In this document: piece by piece, positions 38,519 to 50,927 of the stretch
How positions within the stretch are numbered: the stretch's first letter is position 1
Layout: each line of letters starts with the position of its first letter
Source of the DNA: Ylistrum balloti
Taxonomy: Eukaryota
Direction of reading: 5' to 3'
Assembly: GCF_031769215.1 (NCBI RefSeq)
Contig: NW_026782081.1
Span: 1,116,001 to 1,180,000, forward strand
DNA length: 64,000 nt
Position numbers and translations under genes: made by a program
Notes under the pieces: model-generated
Databases searched by the model: none
Told to the model about the DNA's origin: nothing
Seen by the model: only the letters and a program-made list of their open reading frames with translations

Positions 38519-41509
38519 ATTATGCTGATTGATAGAATTGATGAGCATTTAATTGTTTTATGCTAGGCTCATACCCAACATGAACATATGCACACCCAAG
38601 AGAGTTGTCCCCTTCGTTGCAAAGCCTTGTGAATTCATTCCAGGACCCCCTAATGTGATATATCTCTATTTACAACATCGTTTAAACAGATTACAATGGA
38701 AGTTTACGTATAATTAAGTGTTTCACACTACTCAATACATATAAAACTTAATTGCAAATATCGCATTTTCAACACGTATCATTCATTTTTTAATGACATA
38801 TACTTATCTAATATCGGTTATATATACCAATCTCTGACTGTGAAATAAGGTGCAACAGCCTTTATCTTATTTCTTTGTTCCTCCCTTTCCAAACGCCCTT
38901 TTCCGCCTGTATTGCATATTCCTATATTGGCTGAATACCAGACTTGATTATGTTTGAGTGTTGTTAGTTGTAATGCGTTGTGAATGTACATTCCCTGATA
39001 TGAAAACATCTTAAATACATAGTGTTGGTTTAAATAGATACAGCCTAGTAGTATAGAAATACAGGACGAAATATCACAGCTGTTGGTTTTTAAAACGCTA
39101 AATTCATGTCATCTTACAAAGGATGCTATTAGAAAGGTCAGCTTTAATACTGTTGTTGGATGGAGGTGATACGAACCTCTTTCTCGTTGTTAATAGATGT
39201 AAAGTCGATAAAAATGTTCACATGTTCAATTTATGCTTAATTGAATAAAAGGATATCAACAACAAAAATCCTTTACGTTTCTTTCTAAAAGTGATTTGTC
39301 TTCTTTTATACCTTAAAACTTAACATTTAGCTTGATTACAGAAAAAATAAATATCGCGCTCTATTTGGTATAGCATTGTTGAAAATCCATTATTTATTAA
39401 TGATTACACGAGCAATGGTGAAAAAAAGATAGTAGTCGAATTTTATCGGTTTCAAAGAATTTAACGCTGTATAATTAGAGACAATCGGACAGGTAATGTA
39501 GAAATAGCTGTACAGATATAGGTGGATGTAACATCTCAAATTTTATCCTAACATTTTCATTCCATTTGAAATTGCATGGTATATTGGAATAAAACAGATA
39601 CGGCATGAACTGGATAGGTATGTTCCAGAATGAATTTCCGGTACTCTTGCGAGTTATACTCGCTTAGAAAACATAGCGCGATATCAAATATTGAGTAAAT
39701 GTTTATACTCTGAATTATATTCAAATGCACAGTCATGAACATGTTATCAATGCCTCTTTGCTGCAAAAGTTTGCAAAAGCAATGGTGAACCATTTTCCAT
39801 TTTACTGATAGTCCATACGCCCCGTAAAGATGACATCTATGAACAAACATTTAATAATGCACGAACACTAGATTTTGGTTAATGCTGAACAGTGTTATTT
39901 CAAAATGGTTTAAACACCGTTTCTTACACATTTTAAGTGAGTTCCCTTTCGATCTATCGTCGTATCATTAGACTAAATGGACAACAGCATGGCATGAAGT
40001 TATGAATGGTTCGTGATAAAACGCCCTGGTGTGGCCAATTGACTTGTGCTCTTTGTAGTTTTCAAGGGTAGCATGGATGCTAATCTCTCCTTGGCTTTGA
40101 TTTATGAACCATGTGTTATTTTATTAATAATGACAAATGGTGGCACGTTTTCGAAAGATAACGCAAGCACGGAGGTCGCGCAGCTTTGTTTTTCGGCAAA
40201 TAAACATCCAAGCGTTTGACCTGCCAACGCTTCTTTTAGACAATACTCCTAAAGCAACTCTTAGTAGGAGTCAAGTATAAGAGCAAGAAATCGATTTCAG
40301 TTTCTTTCAACATCGTGACAGTTGAGAACAAAAGGAAGAATTGTGTAAGATCCCGATGAGGTCTGTAAATCCACAATTGGCGAAGCCATTGTAAGGTTAT
40401 GCAGTTCAATGTTGTATGCTTTAGCCGTTGCAGGATCTGACATAACGAATTAGTGTAATGTATAACGTCAAATACATTCAACAATGGACAATCGATATTC
40501 ATTACATGCCAGGACAAGAACATTAATATCTTCATGCGTCCAGACTCTGTTAGACGTTTAGGAAACATGATTGCTATCACTTATACGTCGAATGTTTCAC
40601 TAAGCATTAAATTGCTCGGTGCTGTTTGTGTCTGTTTTATTTGCAATGTAACTTTCCCTCTTTCCAATATTACCATACCCATGCACACGTAGCCACGATG
40701 CCATTGATTGATGTATACACATAACTTAAGATTTATCATTGACACAGGAACAACGTATAATTTTAACGTGTAAAATGACGTATGCATTTGAACAATTCTG
40801 ATGATGAAATGAAATTATAACCAAATTATTTTGAGTTTCTGTTGTAAATAAGATATAATTGTAACCTATATCATACATTTTCATCGCTTATATTTTCAGA
40901 TAATACTTTAAATATACGAACTCATTCAAAGTTATCTTTGATTACTTTTTACAGTTGCGATTCGACTGTATTCCAGTAGACAGTGTACAATGTATATCAG
41001 GTATTTATTGGTCTCTTTCGCGTAATACACTTTTTATCACGTTTATAACCAATAGTAAACCAATATCAATATTCAGCAGCAGCCGCAGATAGCAGCCGAA
41101 CAATTTTAAAGGCTCTTGTGCTCAAAAGTGTAGCATAGGATGCACTTCTTACGGTGCACTTTTAGTCCGTTTTACGGTCAAATGTGTAACATGGTATGCT
41201 TTTAGGTGATCGAAAGCAGCCAAACTATTTATTGATCACATTTTGTGAAGAAGAATGTTAAAATGATACCAGAGGGTTTTATTTTTCCTCATTTAACGTT
41301 TGTATCCAAATGGAATCAAAAGTAATTTATATAAAATATTATTGTAATCTACACTTTACAGCGTGAACAGGATTGTTTGTATTGAACTTGATATTGTAAC
41401 AGTAACATTTTCATTCTTTGTCACAAATAATGGTACGTCACGCGAATACGTACGACTGGTTGTACGAAAAAAGTTTTTGCAATGCGAAAGCATGGAAATA
41501 GTGGAGTGT

Positions 41510-41705
41510 TACTGGGAAGAAATGAAAATCCTGTGTAAGATCCCGATGTTCCTGTATAATCAATTATCCTAGTCCAAGGACTCGACAGATTCTTCTACAT
41601 CAGCCGCAAGCATGATGATTTTAATTTCCTTGTGGTATATTTTCCATTTCCGGATATCAACATTCCTGAATTCCCAACCTATGGTGCTTACATGTTGTAG
41701 ATTTT
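41510..41705 (+). mobile_element. Penelope-like element RT remnant
   Basis: RKHDDFNFLVVYFHF/DINIPEFPTYGAYML matches KRDDFNFxIVNFPFLDSNIPxxPAYGVY. The preceding tgtgtaagatcccgatg also occurs at about 40345, where it reads KIPMRSVNPQLAKPL (IPMG-like RT motif). Confidence 0.65.
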
Positions 41706-41825
41706 CAAGGCCATGTTCTTTTCCCGCGTACAACTAAAGACAGAGTAGAGAACGTGACGTTTCTTATATTGACCAATATTTGCACAGTGTCGTCTTTGTA
41801 TACCATGTAATATATCTAACACTAT

Positions 41826-41950
41826 AGACAGGGCTATATGTTATCTTTATATACAATATCCATATAACTACCATCACAGACAGGAAATATATGCTATCTT
41901 TGTATAACATCATAAAACTACCACCACAGACAGGAAAAATATGTAATATA
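41826..41950. repeat. About 51-bp degenerate tandem repeat, about 2.4 copies
   Basis: agacagg..tatatg.tatcttt.tata...cata.aactacca.cac recurs at 41826, 41878 and 41928. Confidence 0.75.
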
Positions 41951-42259
41951 TTTCAATAGAAATACTGTTTGAGACAGGAACTATAGGAAAAATACGAAAT
42001 ATCCGGAGGACGAAATAATAGAAATGATCGAATTTCTAGCCGAGAAATCTTCATTTTCCGACATACTATTGTCATGCCATTGGGGCTAACGATGCCCCTT
42101 TGTTGACTGGCTTGTCTTTGTTCTCATACGAAGTTGAATTTATCTAAGAACTTTTTAGAAATAATTCACAAAGGCCATGCGAATTCCTTCAGTCATGTTT
42201 TGTCTTTATAAAAAGATATGTTTGACCACGTCTATTGTATATGTTCAACGAAACTGGAC

Positions 42260-42720
42260 ATCAAGGACACGACAGATTCTTGTACATCTGCCGCAAGCGT
42301 GATAATTTCCATCTCCCTGTGGTATTTTCAACTTCTAGATAGCAATATTCCTACGGTGTTTACATGTTGTAGTTGATTCGATATTCATGGACTTGTTCCC
42401 CATATCACGATTTTCATGTAAGACCTCATCTGGAAGACAAACTCATTACACAAGAGATGCAGGGTAATGAACATGAATTTAGGTTATTTGTTTATACGAT
42501 ATTTGACTGGACATGTTCGATGCTCGTAGTTTGCCTATTTGTTCCGTCGCTGTATACTTTGTTCTCTTTTGAGAATAATACTTACATAGATAACCGCGAT
42601 TATATCGCATGTGTCTTCGATGAAGCGGAATACGCTTACTCATTTTGAACACCAGGTCTTACTGTCTTTGCATGATTTATGATTCTCGGTGTCAATCTTT
42701 CTTTTGTTCATATTTTCACA
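42260..42720 (+). mobile_element. Penelope-like element 3' remnant (RT thumb + 3' tail)
   Basis: RKRDNFHLPVV...YGVYML*LIRYSWTCSPYHDFHVR..LEDKLITQ is a close match to the PLE thumb motif. The tail gaagcggaatacgcttactcattttgaacaccagg has relatives near 616-700, 6805-6890 and 35677-35760. Confidence 0.7.
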
Positions 42721-42849
42721 TAGTTCTGTTGAATTTGATTCTGGATTATGATTCAGCATATGTTGGTATTTTCCTATTGTTTTTATATAGTATCTCCTCA
42801 AAACTTTCATCATCGGAAGGGAATGAAGCGAAACTGGCATATTAAGATT

Positions 42850-43643
42850 TAATCTGACGTCTATTTTTACGATTAAAATGGCTTGATGTACTTGTTTCCA
42901 TAACACCCTGTTTTAACATGGTACCTAACTCTCACTATATTATTTCTTTCTGTGAAGAAATTCTATGTGGTACATTTTAATGGAAGCAGCGTAATCTGTA
43001 TCTATGAAGTTCTATTACATTCGTTTGACCTGGTTTCCTATCAAGACCTGCAAATATATCCTGATATTCTGGCAGAACATCCTCAACATTTACTTTCTGT
43101 GACTTAGCTAATTGATCGGAGGTCTTATTCAAGATTTGTACTGGATGTAGTTGGGGTTTACTATGTATAATGTTGTTTACTGTGTATCATCAATCCCCTC
43201 TACCTGATGTACATTGTCTTCTGGCTGTCCTTTACATATAAATGCATTCTCATGTATTAAATTATCTGAATGGGAAGGATTCAGATTAGATCATGTGAGC
43301 TCCTTCCCTTTTTGAGGAGAGATTAGTGTTTTGGTTAACATAAAACTCTGATTGGTTAAAAGCTGAGCTTGTTCAACCAATCCTTATTTCCCGCAATATC
43401 ACGATCTAGGTATCAAGAAAAAATAGCATTCTGATCTAGACGGATAGGAAATTGGCTCAGACATTTCAACACTTGCACACTTCCACTCCTTTACTATCTA
43501 ACCTCAAGGGCTTCTTACTAAAATTCAACTTCCCTAGTCTGGAAATCAATACCGAGTAAACATTGGAGACATCTAAGTTAAGTAATAATAGCTACTTATC
43601 TAAACTTAGATTTCCCAAGCCTAAACTAAAAAAAAAACCTGAA
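42850..43643 (-). mobile_element. Older Ty3/Gypsy element, pol fragment (end of protease to start of RT); host of the nested insertion
   Basis: LLGIDF (43559-43542), GLVEQAQLL..FMLTKTLISP, VEDVLPEYQDIF...KPGQTNVIE, VPHRIS..KEII..ELGTMLKQGVMETS, with many stops. Typical Gypsy pre-RT and RT N-terminal motifs. Confidence 0.7.
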
Positions 43644-43801
43644 TGTCAGTATTTATGTTGGATAAACTTGTCACAACTCCGGTGAGAAAGGTAGCTAACT
43701 TTATTGCAGGTGAGGGAGGAAGAGGGGGTAAAAACTAATGATAAAGCGGATACCAGGCAGCGAGATCCGGGTTCTTATAATATCACAAACACTCACTGCC
43801 G
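43644..43801 (-). repeat. 3' LTR (about 158 bp), preceded on the minus strand by the polypurine tract GGAAGAAAAAGGGTAG (43817-43802)
   Basis: Direct, diverged repeat of 47063-47206 (shared acaactcc.gtgagaaa, aggtgaggg.ggaagagg, gagatccgg, cttataat). Confidence 0.8.
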
Positions 43802-46800
43802 CTACCCTTTTTCTTCCGAATAGAAATTTCGTTCAGAGTCTCGATATAAAAATGAAAATACATCAAGAACTAAATTTGCAAAAAAAAAATTCAAAACATA
43901 ATTAGCACGTCACATTGTAACACAAAGAATTTTCATACTGCCATTCCTGTTCCATCACCTTGAAACAATCGGTAATGCTTACCCGGTAGGATTCTTCTAT
44001 TAGTTGGTAACCAGCAAACTTTCTAACATTACACCACAAGCCCTCAACATTTGCGATTAAGTACTAATCTCTAAATTTGGTTTTACTATGATCACCATGT
44101 AGGTAGACTAAATCACTAGGGTAAACTTCAGGAGATATTTGGATGCGGCCAGACGGTGCCTTGCGCTGTGAGGATGGTTTCACTCGAGGAGAATTCTGTT
44201 GACGAACGATATCCTGATCAACCCTAAGAATTGTTTGTTGAGAAACTTATCTCTTTGTGTCATCATTTCACGAGATAACAATCCTCGACCCCGCCCTCAG
44301 GTGTACTAACGAGCTGTAGCTAAAGACAAGTGAAGATGAGTGAAAATATGTGATGTTTAATACATAGTCTAATCAAACCTTCACATAATGTATCATTGCC
44401 TTCGTTGTCCAAATTATGCACTCAAGCACAACAGGTATTTATTGTCTATCACCTTTGATTATATCGGCCTCGAACAAGAATCCATCTGAATCTGATGGAC
44501 CTAGTGTCTGTTCCTGAAGAATAGAGTGCATAGAAATAACGGCGTATTCGGTGAAACGTTGAGTGATCAAGTTTGATATGAAATGAGGTGAGAAGGCCTT
44601 GGCAAAGATCTGTACACTCAGGCTAAATAGAAAACCACAACGCGTGACTTGCAAATGATACTCTTAATGATCTTCCAAACTAGTAACTTAATATCTGCCC
44701 GCAGTGGAAACACACAGGCTGGCAGACAACGCGCCACGATACAACTTTCCAAACGCGTGCACAGATGGCTAGATGTCCGTTAAAACACACGGTATGACAA
44801 CATTGAATTATGCATGGACATAAGCGTTTAATGGTAGTGGCGGTTGAAAGTACCTCAATCTCGCATGGAAACTATGTTCTCTGAATTTTTAGGCAGCTTT
44901 GTGCTGAAGTAACCTGTCAGATCGACTTATCATCACGTAATAAGGAGAGTGTAGACCAAGTCCAGGGTTGAACTAGGTCTGAGAGAACACGGCAAAGGAG
45001 TTCTTCAAGTGCTGTTTCAGAGCCTGGAATACCCATTGCCGTTCGTGCATACCCTCTTACACCCTTGTTATGGGTCACGACTTCACAGTGCTTCATTGAA
45101 TGGCGGCTCAACTGTACTTTGCAAAAACGCTGGTTCAAGTCAGTGGTAATGTAGACTTCCACTGCGCGACTTGTCAAAGAGTAGAATCCTACGTCTGCAA
45201 ATGCGGTTAACAGACGGAAGCCATCCTTAGGATTCCTTACCAAAAATGGAGAGTTTACGTACTCCACTACTATGTCAATGTCTTTCAGGTTGCGCAAACA
45301 CGCCAAGAGATTCAAGTTCATCGAACTTTGATTATAACTCATGTAATTGATTCCCTGAATACTGAGGTGTTCTGCCCTTGCGTTGAGACAATTGAATTGG
45401 ACCCATATTCACCCAACTCTATTAACCGCACTGTTGTTAGCTGGGAAGACAGGATCGAAAACCTCGTCATATTCATGGAGAATATCAGTGAATCAGACGA
45501 CATGATATTGTCTGGATGGAGGCTAACGGCATGTGAATGACGAGAATTGGCTTCTTGACGGGTATTCACTGGTAGCTAGTAAACTGATGAAGAACTCACA
45601 AACGCGGTCTTTCGCGCATACAGTGTGCTATGTTTGTACGATTGCAAGATCATGTCACATTTGAGACTTATGTAATGTAGTCAATATGAGGTTCGACCGC
45701 AATTTCCGTACATGAAAATTCCTCTGGTTGGTCAAGCTCTAGGAATTCCCCTGTTCAAATCACTGCCTTTTTCGTTGCGGTCATTATGGAGGCTCCACGC
45801 AATGCATGTTTACCCGTCGTAGTCTGAGTTGATTCATACTTGTAGATGTTAGAGCAATTATTAATCACTTTCTGCCTGACTGATCATAGGATTACATCAT
45901 TACGTTCCAGAAAAGGTAAACCAGCCAATACATCTGTTTCAAGGTTATCGACGACTAGGCCCTCGAAGAATAAATCTTGGCCGTCGCGGGAAATGTACGA
46001 TCGCGTTTTACCAACCACGCGCAACAATGATGACCCGTCAGCCTGATGGGCCGACTGAGTACTTCCGATAACATCTGTGGAATCTGGAACCGCTAAGACA
46101 TCGTCTAGGTCACCATTTGTGCCGAGCATCTGCCGTGCCTTTGGAAGGAATAATTGGTCCTGTTGACGTAGAGATGAAAGTTAGTTGAGAAAATGGCTGT
46201 TTGGACGACGAGCCTCTTTACAGATTGGACACACGTGTCTGTTTCTTACCGCAGCTGGTGCAGAGTTTGGATACTTTTTGGGGTTGTTCACGACTGCTCT
46301 CGTTGCCTTGGCATTCTCGCACATAACGAGTCTAGGACATGGGAAATTTCTAGTTTTATGGATGCAAAAGTACAAGACCACAAATCCTTGCCATACCATT
46401 GTTTAATGAGTCTCGGTTACTCTTGGTAAGACGAAGCCATGTGAGTAAAATTCCTCATCCTCTTCGATAGCGTCCCCATGATGAGTAATACCGGAATTTC
46501 TGCGTAAGAGGTTTTCCTCAACAAAAGCCATCAATCCCTGGTACAGGTCCTCTGGACGCTTATTCACCCTAACTTTATTGATGAGGAATCGATAAAATGA
46601 GCACCGGTTGACTTGAAGCTGTAATGAAGGCGAACAGATTGCCAGATTTGGTAGATAAAGGTCGAGTTCTTGACTATTGTGTTCCGTGAAACGACGAGTC
46701 TCCGCAATGACGGTCTCGTCATCATCCACAAAACTTCAATTTGGCGATGTACGTGACTTCTTTTCCCAGCGGGCGCCAACAACTAGAAATGGTGCAAAAT

Positions 46801-47052
46801 TCCTGTCCAGAGACAATGTATACGTTGAATTTTGTTTGCGGTTCTCAAAAGCATTGACTCAATTTTCATGAAACATCATTGTTTTGGAGCCCTATATGAT
46901 TGGCCATGTTTACGGATTCTGCACGTCCTTGTTTACCGGAGCTATCCATGGTAGACTTGACTACGATGTGACAATAATGTGTAACAGATCAGACGAAGCA
47001 TGCCAGTCACTTCAGTTACTTTATCTTTTAGTCGGCCTGAAAATCCATAGTT

Positions 47053-47206
47053 GCTGCCACCACACCAGTATAAGTGGTGGATACACTTGAGACAACTCCA
47101 GTGAGAAACCTGGCTACCTTTATTAAAGGTGAGGGCGGAAGAGGTACTAATGACACAGCGAGTAGAGAGATCCGGAAACTTATAATGTCATATACACTCG
47201 CTGTCG
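47053..47206 (-). repeat. 5' LTR (47063-47206) and tRNA-Leu-type primer binding site (47053-47062)
   Basis: The LTR aligns with 43644-43801. It is followed immediately on the minus strand by TGGTGGCAGC, complementary to the 3' end of tRNA-Leu(AAG/UAG) (...GCUGCCACCA). Confidence 0.75.
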
Positions 47207-47900
47207 GGAGATGATTACACGATGCAGTTAATAATTCAGGAACTTGTCAACAATAGTTTTTCCACAGTATCAACAGTTGCAAAGACTAGGCTGAACCGTA
47301 TTCAAAATCACTGTAGGCCCTACTTTCTAGAAGTTCTCTTCAGATTCAGAGGATGAAATCCGGGCCGAATTCAGTTAGGACTATTCTCCCGCGTCGTAGT
47401 CTTACTTTTTTTCAAACTGCCCATCCCATCCCACCCACTCATACATTTGAACTCTGTGATATCTTTTTTTATATAGCTGTTCAAACTGATCTAAGATATG
47501 TGTAGCTAAGTCCTTATCAACATGAATAAAGGCAGGAGCCATAGGGTTTGTGCCTAATACTAGTACTTCACTGGACATATCTCACCATGTTTCCAAATGA
47601 CTCTTCCTCCCTAACCTGTTTCTTAAATTCTGATTTATAAGCACACTCTCCTAAACAGGGCATGTTACTACTGTATAGCATGCCATTTGACTCGTTGTAA
47701 GTTATCGAACACATTACCAGCTGTTTGGCCATTTATCAATTCAAGATGAAGATATGTTCAAATTTTCTAACAAAATTCCAAATACTGTATTTCCCATCAA
47801 GCGGGTGGTGATTATTGTCTTGGCACTTTCACCTGTATATACATTTTGATCACACATGTATAAGCTCTCCTGTCCCTGATAGTCTAGTGGAAACTCTGCA
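47207..47900 (-). mobile_element. Probable gag (and start of protease) of the older host Gypsy element
   Basis: Frameshifted PLDYQGQESL, NGQTAGNVFDNL and LRNR...ETW*DMSSEVLVL...AFIHVDKDLATHILDQF resemble recalled Gypsy gag motifs (PxxYDG; GQAQGVFGNL; ETLSELxxDIRRL..AYP..DL.ETLAKEQF). The match is weak. Confidence 0.4.
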
Positions 47901-50885
47901 AGTATATCACCGTTGACCGTATGAACTAGCTTATTGTTATAAAAATATGTGTCAGAACCTGGCATATGGGCATGTCCGTTTGACCCGTGATGTAAATTTA
48001 GGTGTCTCGATAACCCTTCGGTAGATGTTTTCTTGTGTTCTGTATATGTGATGTAATTTATGTGATATTTGTGTTTTGATAAAGGAGCAAATAATCCGAA
48101 CAACTTCGTTTCCGGCCATAATCGTCTGGATAACTGAGTTTTTCGGGATGCCGAGTTTAGTCGACCGGCCGTTATAACCGGGGTTATCTCCCTTGAGCAC
48201 AGTTATTCGTCAGTATGATTTGTTTTCAGAATGTCTATTTAGTGTTAACTGTGAATACGAGTGTTCATGAATGGCTTTCATTATCAAAGTTAATTTCATC
48301 ATCTTAAAATAATTTTATATGAATTGAAATTTCCGAAGTGAAAGTTGCATTTGTCCATTAAAGTCCAATTTCAGGGAGTTTTAATTGAAGTGCTTTTCGG
48401 TATCTACAATAATGTTTTACTCAAAACAATTGATAAGTCTTACTTTCTTAATATTTAAAGCACTGAACACAGTTCATTTACATTGTGTTTGTGTGTTTAA
48501 CGCGATACGAGTGCTAAGAAATCGATGCAGAAGTATTGAGGGTAAACTGTCCCATCGTTACAAGTCTAATTAGTTACGTACTTCCATTAAGTGCTAATTA
48601 GATTTTTCTTTACTTTATTCAGTGAACAATTTACGTATGAATACTGTCATATCCTATTAACTATAAGTATTCAAAATGAAATAAAAAGACATAGCTAGAT
48701 CGTCCGTTTGATACCCGACAGATTTATCGAAAAATAGATTGGTCAATGAGAAGTGATTTCCATTACATCAGTACCGTAAAAACTCTTTCTGAATAATATG
48801 TGTTGCTTGTGAATTCAGCATGTTCACTGATCTATGTCTCTATGTCACGGTTCAATAAGTCAGCATGAGGTAAGTATGTGATTTCATGTTTGTGGACTGA
48901 ATACAACAGTATTTTCAACACCATGTACATCTAATATTTGGATAGTGTACCCTGTGGGTTTGTTTTTCTGCACAGTTTTAGAACACAATGTTTACCTCGT
49001 GTTGATTCCTGTCATGCTGATACATTAAAAATTCACGCTTTAAGTGATGTGTACGTTCAATATTTTAAAGTGTCTAGGTTCAGTGGTATTATGCGTGTGT
49101 ACCTATCTATGTTGGCTTTGTAAGTACTAATCAGTGTGAATGTTAGTAACGGTTACGCATGACTTTACCTGCCGTTGTAAACTACTCTGTCGCCTACAAG
49201 CAAACATCGGATAACACGAGGACGACAGACATAAGTATGCTGAGAATGAACCACTCCGTTGTATTTGTAGTACGTATTTTGTGTCGTGTGTTATTAAGTA
49301 GCTGACAAAATAAAACAGAAAATAAGGAGGAGAGAAGAAGCAAGGACATAAAGGCCAATACTGTGTATACATGTAAGTATACCTTTTTGTTTGAATCTAA
49401 AATTGATAAAAGTTGAGAGAAAATTAATGTAATTAATTCAAACACTGATAATATTGACGGAAAAAGACACATACTGATATCATTCCTTGGCCTTCAATAT
49501 TGGGATTTTGGCAAGTTTTTCAGAAATCCGTGCATGTACAATCTTATCAACTAGCTATAAATGATGATGATTTATTAAGCGAGATAATGAATGACATATG
49601 ATATTCTATATTCTGTGAAATCAATCGCATATACTATATCTGATCTGTTGTGAAGCCTCATTATATAAATGTTTCCACCCTAAACCACCACATCCTTCGG
49701 TTTGTGAGAAAGAAGCGGTGACCAAACCACTAATCGTGTAATTTATCAACTTTCGTTTTTGTTCCAACAGAAGTTTTGATTCCACCCCACCCCCATGGCA
49801 CCTTTATTCCACAATTAAGAATATATTGAATTAAGACTGTTATGATATATGGTTAAGTCTGAAAGTGTGTTAGACAATAATGATGGTGAGGGAAAGACCA
49901 ACTTACAGCTGTATGCAATATACACTTGAAAGTATTTTTGCCCTCTATCCAGATCTCCCTCCCCATCCCAGACTGACTAAAAACAGGGAGATAAAACAGG
50001 GCGTTGACCAGACTTAAGAGTAACCTGTCATGGTTGAGTTTATCAATACTTACACTCTGTAATCACTTTTAGCATCCATTATGTTTCTTGATAATTACCT
50101 CTCCCCCCCCCCCCTCCACTTTTTTAGGTAATTTTACAACACCCAATCTATATGCAGGTACCTGCTGGAATATATATGAATCAAGAGGACGTTCCACAAG
50201 TAATGTAATTGTAGTGTGTAACTTAACTGCAGTAACGATTCTACTTATGTCAATATATTATGTTCTCCAGGTCCTTTTTTCTCCCTTAAAACACAAATCA
50301 GATACCATCACATATGCTTCGAGGGAATGTATTTAAAAACGTATTCTATATTAGAGTTTCATGTCCTTTAACTCGTTGACGTTCATACATGTAGGTAATC
50401 TCGCAGCCTTGACAGATCACTCGTTCAACTGATGTCGCAACCTGGGCACATCACTCGCTCAAGCAATCTCACAGTCTGGGCAAATCATTTTATTCAAAGT
50501 GTGAACATGTCAGAACATCAGAGATACTCAACTAACGAAGGCCCCAGATGTGTTTTGATTGGTCTTGTCAAATCACTGGTAGTGTCTCTAAAACGGATTC
50601 TGTTCTAAATTCCATCACTAGCACATGGATGAAATCTGTATAGATCGATCAGTCGCTACCAATCAGTCCGACTATGGGATACAATTGTGCTATTCCGCGA
50701 TAAGATAATGCGGGTGTGCGGAAGATGTGCCTAGGATAAGAGTGGTGTTTCCTATCTCGATACTTCAAATACAATATGTGATGGTGTAGCATTTACAAAG
50801 ATTGTAGAAAAGACTAATGAGTGAATTTCATCGTTCAATATTAATTTAGAATCAGTTGCAGTAGAGACAACTAACGAATTAAAAT

Positions 50886-50927
50886 CATCATACAGCTGTT
50901 TCGTACTTCTATGACCCGTCAGTGATG
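50886..50927 (-). ncRNA. Near-complete minimal type I hammerhead ribozyme (copy 4)
   Basis: CAUCA-CUGACGG-GUCA-UAGAA-GUAC-GAAAC-AGCU-GUA-UGAUG. Helix I is perfect, palindromic helix III (ACAGCUGU) and the GUA triplet are intact; A9 is mutated and helix II has mismatches. Confidence 0.8.

Larger units (their letters stand above)
43644..47206 (-). mobile_element. Degraded, internally deleted Ty3/Gypsy LTR retrotransposon
   Basis: Minus strand order: gag HRAPKQ...LSLDRNFAPFL...[18 protein letters not shown]...ITHHGD; Zn knuckle CPICKEARRPNSHFL; protease region [12 protein letters not shown]...[18 protein letters not shown]; [12 protein letters not shown]...[12 protein letters not shown]...[14 protein letters not shown]; RNase H CVLTD..PSVHAFGKLYRGALSAS; integrase FEADIIKGDRQ and DLVYLHGDHSKTKFRD.YL. 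The PR-RT-RH-INT order is Gypsy. Flanked by LTRs, PBS and PPT. Confidence 0.92.

Noticed and set aside
47741-48103. ORF containing YMCDQNVYTGESAKTI, resembling a GIY-YIG endonuclease motif
   Set aside because: Spacing between the motifs is too short and the downstream R/E/N residues are absent; its position fits Gypsy gag debris better.
48107-48212. CUGACGA on the minus strand followed by a long stem (AUAACUG/CAGUUAU)
   Set aside because: The stem is not followed directly by GAAA and no helix I, helix III or cleavage triplet is found. It is a structured CpG-rich repeat at best.
49194-49472. Hydrophobic ORF resembling GPCR TM1-TM2
   Set aside because: The first apparent TM segment is the translation of a polypyrimidine tract, and no further TM segments follow.
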